Shown in pieces: positions 56,332 to 64,000 of a stretch of 64,000 bases of DNA. A program made the translations under genes and the position numbers. A model generated the notes under the pieces. That model did not search any database and was not told where the DNA came from. It saw only the letters and a list, made by a program, of their open reading frames with translations. Origin of the DNA: Anaeromyxobacteraceae bacterium (GTDB lineage: Bacteria; Myxococcota; Myxococcia; Myxococcales; Anaeromyxobacteraceae); the NCBI GenBank assembly GCA_047602405.1, contig JASGHJ010000002.1, positions 1,696,001-1,760,000 of the forward strand. Reading direction: 5' to 3'. Numbering within the stretch: the stretch's first letter is position 1; every line of letters starts with the position of its first letter.

Positions 56332-57180
56332 TCACTCCGCTCCGGAGACCAGCGCCTCGACGCTGCGGACGCCCGTCCGGTCGATCTCGTAGACGTACGC
56401 CCGGGCCCGCCGCACCGGCTCGTCCGCCACGCGCGAGACCGAACCCGCGCAGAGGACCGGCGTCGTGGCGCCCTGCCCCTTCGCGCTCGGGAGGTCCACC
56501 CGGAACGCGGTGTGGCGGTGGCCGTGCAGCACCGCCGCCACGGGGAGCTCCGCCACGAGGCGGACGATTCGGTCGGCGTCGGCGAGCGGCATCCGCGCGA
56601 CGCGCGCGTCGGACTCCACCCGGTCGGGCGGCAGCACGACGTGGTGGTGGAAGGCGAGGACGACGGCCTTGCCGGCCTTCGCGTGCTCGCGCACGAGCTC
56701 GCGGGCGGACTTCACCTGCTCGGAGCCGAGCTTGCCTGCGGTGTCGTACGGCTCGGGGCCCCAGCGGGCGCTGTCGAGCGCGACGAGCACGACCTCGTCG
56801 CCGAGCGGCACGACGTGCGGGTACGTGGGCTGCGCCTTGCGCATGCCCTTGCCGTCGGCCCCGATTGCGCGGAGGAACCGCCCCGTCTCGACCGACTCCT
56901 CGGTCCAGACGTCGTGGTTGCCCGGCACGACGGTGAGCTTCCTCGCCTCGGCGAAGTGCTTGAGGAGCTCGCCGGCGCGCTCGAACTCGCGCGGCTCGGC
57001 GGAGAAGGTCAGGTCGCCGGTGACGACGAGGTGGTCGACGCCGACCTCGCGGAGGGCGTCGATGAGCCCCTTCGCGAGCTTCGCGGAGTGGCGGTCGCAG
57101 TCGCGCGCGGTGAACCCGTTGCGCGGGTAGCGGCTGCGGTCGGCGATGTGCAGGTCGCTGATGTGGCCGAGGCGGACGAT
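56332..57180 (-). CDS. Calcineurin-like metallophosphoesterase (likely start reads ATC)
   Basis: HISDLH, VTGDL, PGNHD, FHHH, HGHRH motifs in one frame. Confidence 0.85.
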   Translation of the reverse strand: MVRLGHISDLHIADRSRYPRNGFTARDCDRHSAKLAKGLIDALREVGVDHLVVTGDLTFSAEPREFERAGELLKHFAEARKLTVVPGNHDVWTEESVETGRFLRAIGADGKGMRKAQPTYPHVVPLGDEVVLVALDSARWGPEPYDTAGKLGSEQVKSARELVREHAKAGKAVVLAFHHHVVLPPDRVESDARVARMPLADADRIVRLVAELPVAAVLHGHRHTAFRVDLPSAKGQGATTPVLCAGSVSRVADEPVRRARAYVYEIDRTGVRSVEALVSGAE

Positions 57181-57232
57181 GGGCGCGTTCTCCGGAGGGC
57201 GAGCGGATGCTAGCGGGGGCGTCGTCCGGGTG

Positions 57233-58046
57233 TCAAACGCTCGTCGCGAGCGGGAAGCTCACCCGGAGCGTGCGGCCGTGGGCGCCGGCGGGCTCGAGCT
57301 CCAGGCGCGCGCCCCACGGAGCGAGCGCGGTCTCGAGCAGCGCCCGTGCGCCGCCGTCGCCGCCGCCGGTCTCCGAGGCGAGCTCGAGCGCGGCCACGTC
57401 GCCCCGGCGCGCGACGCTCACGCGGAGCGATCCCGCGACCGGCGCGGCCCGCGCCAGCGCGAGGAGCGCCTCGCGGATCGCGGCGCGGGCCCGCGCGGCG
57501 TCGATCCGCACGGCCGCCGGCTCGAGCGCGCGCCGGTACCGGGCCGCCGCGCGCGGCGGCAGCGAGGCGAGCGCCTCGCCCACCAGCCGCGCGAGGTCCG
57601 CGCGCCCTCCCCCGTCCGCGCAGGCCTCCGCGCCGGCGACGACGGCCACGCGCCGGCGCAGCTCGTCGAGCGCGTCCTCGAGCGCCGCGAGGTCCCGCTG
57701 CGCGCCGGTGCCCGCGAGCCGGAGGTACGCCGCGGCGGTCGCGGCCCGACCGAGCGGGTCGGCGAAGGCGTCCACGAGCGCGTCGGGCTTGCACGGTGCG
57801 ACCCGCACCGCTGGTCGGGCCTGGGCGGGCGCGAGCGCCTCGCCGCCCGCCGGCGCGCGGCGCTCCGGCCCGAGCCGCAGGAGCGCGGTGGCGAAGCGAT
57901 CCACGCCGGGGCCCGGGCGCCGCCGCGAGCGCCACCCGGACGCCAGGACCCCCGCGAGGCGCCTCGCGAGCGATGAGAGGGCCTGGCCGGCCGAGTGCGC
58001 GACGGCCAACCCGAGCACCGTCGAAACGTGCCCACCGGCTTGCCAT
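57233..58046 (-). CDS. Degenerate histidine-kinase-like protein (start uncertain)
   Basis: VAHS H-box-like segment, ETGGG, WGARLEL...GRTLRVSFP. Confidence 0.45.
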
Positions 58047-58073
58047 ACGTGGAAGAGGGGTTAAGTGGGTGAC

Positions 58074-58307
58074 ATGGGGAAGAAGGCTTGGAGCCCGGCC
58101 GATGGCCCGGGTGTGGCCCCGGAGCAGCTCCCGGGTGGTCATGGTCACCTCCGCGGTGACGGCACCGTCGACGGCGACCGGCCGCTGTGGGCCCCGTCCG
58201 AGGGGCCCGCGCGCACCGAACCGGGCGGCCCGGGCGGAGAGCCCGACGGACGTGGCCCCGACGAAGGCGCGCCACCTCAGGCCACCACCTCCACGAACGA
58301 GAAGTGA
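58074..58307 (+). CDS. Small hypothetical protein
   Basis: 77-aa G/P/D-rich ORF. Confidence 0.35.
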   Translation: MGKKAWSPADGPGVAPEQLPGGHGHLRGDGTVDGDRPLWAPSEGPARTEPGGPGGEPDGRGPDEGAPPQATTSTNEK

Positions 58308-58479
58308 TGCACGTCACGCACCGCGGCTGACGCCGCGGGTGGTCACGCCGTCCGCGCCGCCAGGACAGGGTGCGTGGCGGTGAGTCGCAGCGACCCGGGC
58401 TGCACACGCAGCGAATTTACGTTGTCGGCGGGTGCACCGGCGGGTATTCGAGAAGAGAAAGAAGGACAAGGAGATCGAG

Positions 58480-60957
<2,478 letters not shown>

Positions 60958-60959
60958 GG

Positions 60960-61016
60960 CGTCCCTCGTCTCCGCCGCCGCTGCGCGGCGGCTACGCTCG
61001 GGACGTACGGAGCGGG
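60960..61016 (+). repeat. REP-like palindromic element, copy 2
   Basis: CGTCCCTCGTC..GCCGCCGC-TGC-GCGGCGGC-TACGCTC-GGGACG. Confidence 0.65.
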
Positions 61017-61092
61017 CGTACGGAGCGGAGCTGTACGGACCGGAGCTGTACGGAGCGGGCGTACGCAGCGGCGTGCGGAGCTGTACGGAGCG
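61005..61092 (+). repeat. Imperfect 10-15 bp tandem repeat (GTACGGAGCGG core), 7 units
   Basis: Units start at 61005, 61018, 61033, 61048, 61061, 61073 and 61083. Confidence 0.8.
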
Positions 61093-61131
61093 ACTTCGGA
61101 GCGGCGAGAACGGTCAGGATGGACTCGCGAG

Positions 61132-61161
61132 GCCCCCGGGAGACCGGGGGCTTCGTTTTTT
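61132..61161 (+). terminator. Intrinsic terminator downstream of lon
   Basis: GCCCCCGG-GAGA-CCGGGGGC-TTCGTTTTTT. Confidence 0.85.
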
Positions 61162-61187
61162 CCCGGTTCCGGTGTTCCATGGGAGCG

Positions 61188-62258
61188 ATGCCCCGCCTCG
61201 CCCTCCTCACCGGTTCCCACGGCGCCGTCCTCGAGGCCGTCCAGCTCGAGCTCGAGCGCGCGGGCTGGCGCGTGCACCACGTGCCGGGCGGCGCCGACGG
61301 GCGGCTGCACCAGGAGGTCGACACCCGCGACGCCGAGGCGGTCGTGCACCTCGGGCTGCGCAGCCCCCGCGAGCTCGACGAGCCGCTCCGCGCGGCCGCC
61401 GAGGCCGGCGCCGCGTCCGCGTCCGGAGATCTCGCGCGCCGCGCGGGCGTCCGGCGCCTCGTGCACGTCTCGACCGCCGCCGTGTACGGGGCGCCCCGCA
61501 ACCTGCCGTGCCGCGAGGGCGAGCAGAAGCTCCCCCGCACCGCCCTCGAGCGCATCCGCTGGCGCGCGGAGCAGGCGAGCTGGGCGGAGTTCCGCCAGGG
61601 CGCGCCGCTCACCGTGCTGCGCCCGAGCATCCTGTACGGCCCCACGCTCCGCGGCGGCCCCGCCCGCGCGCTCTCCTTCGTCACCCTCTTCAACGATCGC
61701 CGCCGGCGCATCCCCATCGTGAGGCGCGGGCCGGTCGCCCACCTCCTGCACCTCGAGGACCTCGCCCGCGCGGTGCGCCACGTGCTCGAGCACCCGCGCG
61801 ACGACGAGGTGGTCGGCCGGGCCTTCAACGTCGCCGACGACGCCCCGCTCCCGCTCGGCGAGCACCTCGCCGCCGCGCTCGAGGCCCTCGGTTACCTGCC
61901 GGGGCGCATCCTGCCGACCCTGCCCAGGCTCTGGGCGGTCGGGCTCTGGCTCATCCGAAACGTCCCGGACCGGGCGCTGCTCGACCGGCTGAACGGACGG
62001 CTCTCGCACCACTGGCGGCGGCTCTCGGGCCGGGCGGGCGTCGCCCCGGTCCTCCTGCCGAAGGTCGACCGCGAGGCGCTGCACTGGATGAGCGCCGACC
62101 ACTACTACGACACGAGCCGCCTCTCCTCGCTCGGCTGGAGGCCCCGCTACCCGGTCACGGTCGAAGCCTTCCCGGAGACCATCCGCGCGCTCGTGCAGGC
62201 CGGCATCCTGCCCGGCCCCTCGGGTGGGACCCCGGCGCCGACGGCCCTGCAGGGCTGA
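61188..62258 (+). CDS. NAD-dependent epimerase/dehydratase-like protein
   Basis: LTGSHG, VHVSTAAVYG, LRPSILYGP, HLEDLA, FNVAD. Confidence 0.8.
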   Translation: MPRLALLTGSHGAVLEAVQLELERAGWRVHHVPGGADGRLHQEVDTRDAEAVVHLGLRSPRELDEPLRAAAEAGAASASGDLARRAGVRRLVHVSTAAVYGAPRNLPCREGEQKLPRTALERIRWRAEQASWAEFRQGAPLTVLRPSILYGPTLRGGPARALSFVTLFNDRRRRIPIVRRGPVAHLLHLEDLARAVRHVLEHPRDDEVVGRAFNVADDAPLPLGEHLAAALEALGYLPGRILPTLPRLWAVGLWLIRNVPDRALLDRLNGRLSHHWRRLSGRAGVAPVLLPKVDREALHWMSADHYYDTSRLSSLGWRPRYPVTVEAFPETIRALVQAGILPGPSGGTPAPTALQG

Positions 62259-62410
62259 CCCGAGCGGCCGGGCAACGGGCGTGACATTCCTCCCTCGACA
62301 CCGCGCCTTGCGGTGCCACGCTCCCGCTCCCGCAACTTTCGCCACCGGGACATGCGTGACATAGTGCGCCCGGTGATCAGGGCACCGGTGTCACGGTTCG
62401 CGAGGCCGGC

Positions 62411-64000
<1,590 letters not shown>

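Noticed and set aside
61005..61103. Possible CRISPR array
   Set aside because: Units are 10-15 bp, directly adjacent, with no unique spacers and no cas genes

Overview
A 64-kb, very GC-rich (roughly 70-75% by eye) chromosomal segment from an Anaeromyxobacter-like member of Myxococcota. The assignment rests on a LonD/BsgA-type Lon, Myxococcus-type LexA boxes, a c7 cytochrome and the gene content. Most genes are housekeeping: der (3' end), yfgM/bamB-like, ribA, hbd-crt-acd, apbC, corA, rtcA, rluB-scpB-scpA-trpS, xerD, glnD, amiC, mutS, lexA and lon. A XerCD dif-like site lies at 6033-6060, with KOPS-like octamers converging on it, so this is probably the replication terminus region. Mobile or accessory DNA includes a VapBC-type TA pair, an IS4 element with IRs and TSD, two REP-like hairpins and a 1931-nt group II intron. 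The intron is the most striking item. It sits exactly at a host start codon, and its 3' end rebuilds the same AGGA-N7-ATG translation signal. An ORF from the host ATG runs through the ribozyme and overlaps the RT start. About 14 genes carry single-base frameshifts; nine of these fall at GATC read as GAATC/GATTC, which points to sequencing errors at a modified GATC motif rather than real pseudogenes. No tRNA, rRNA or CRISPR array was seen.
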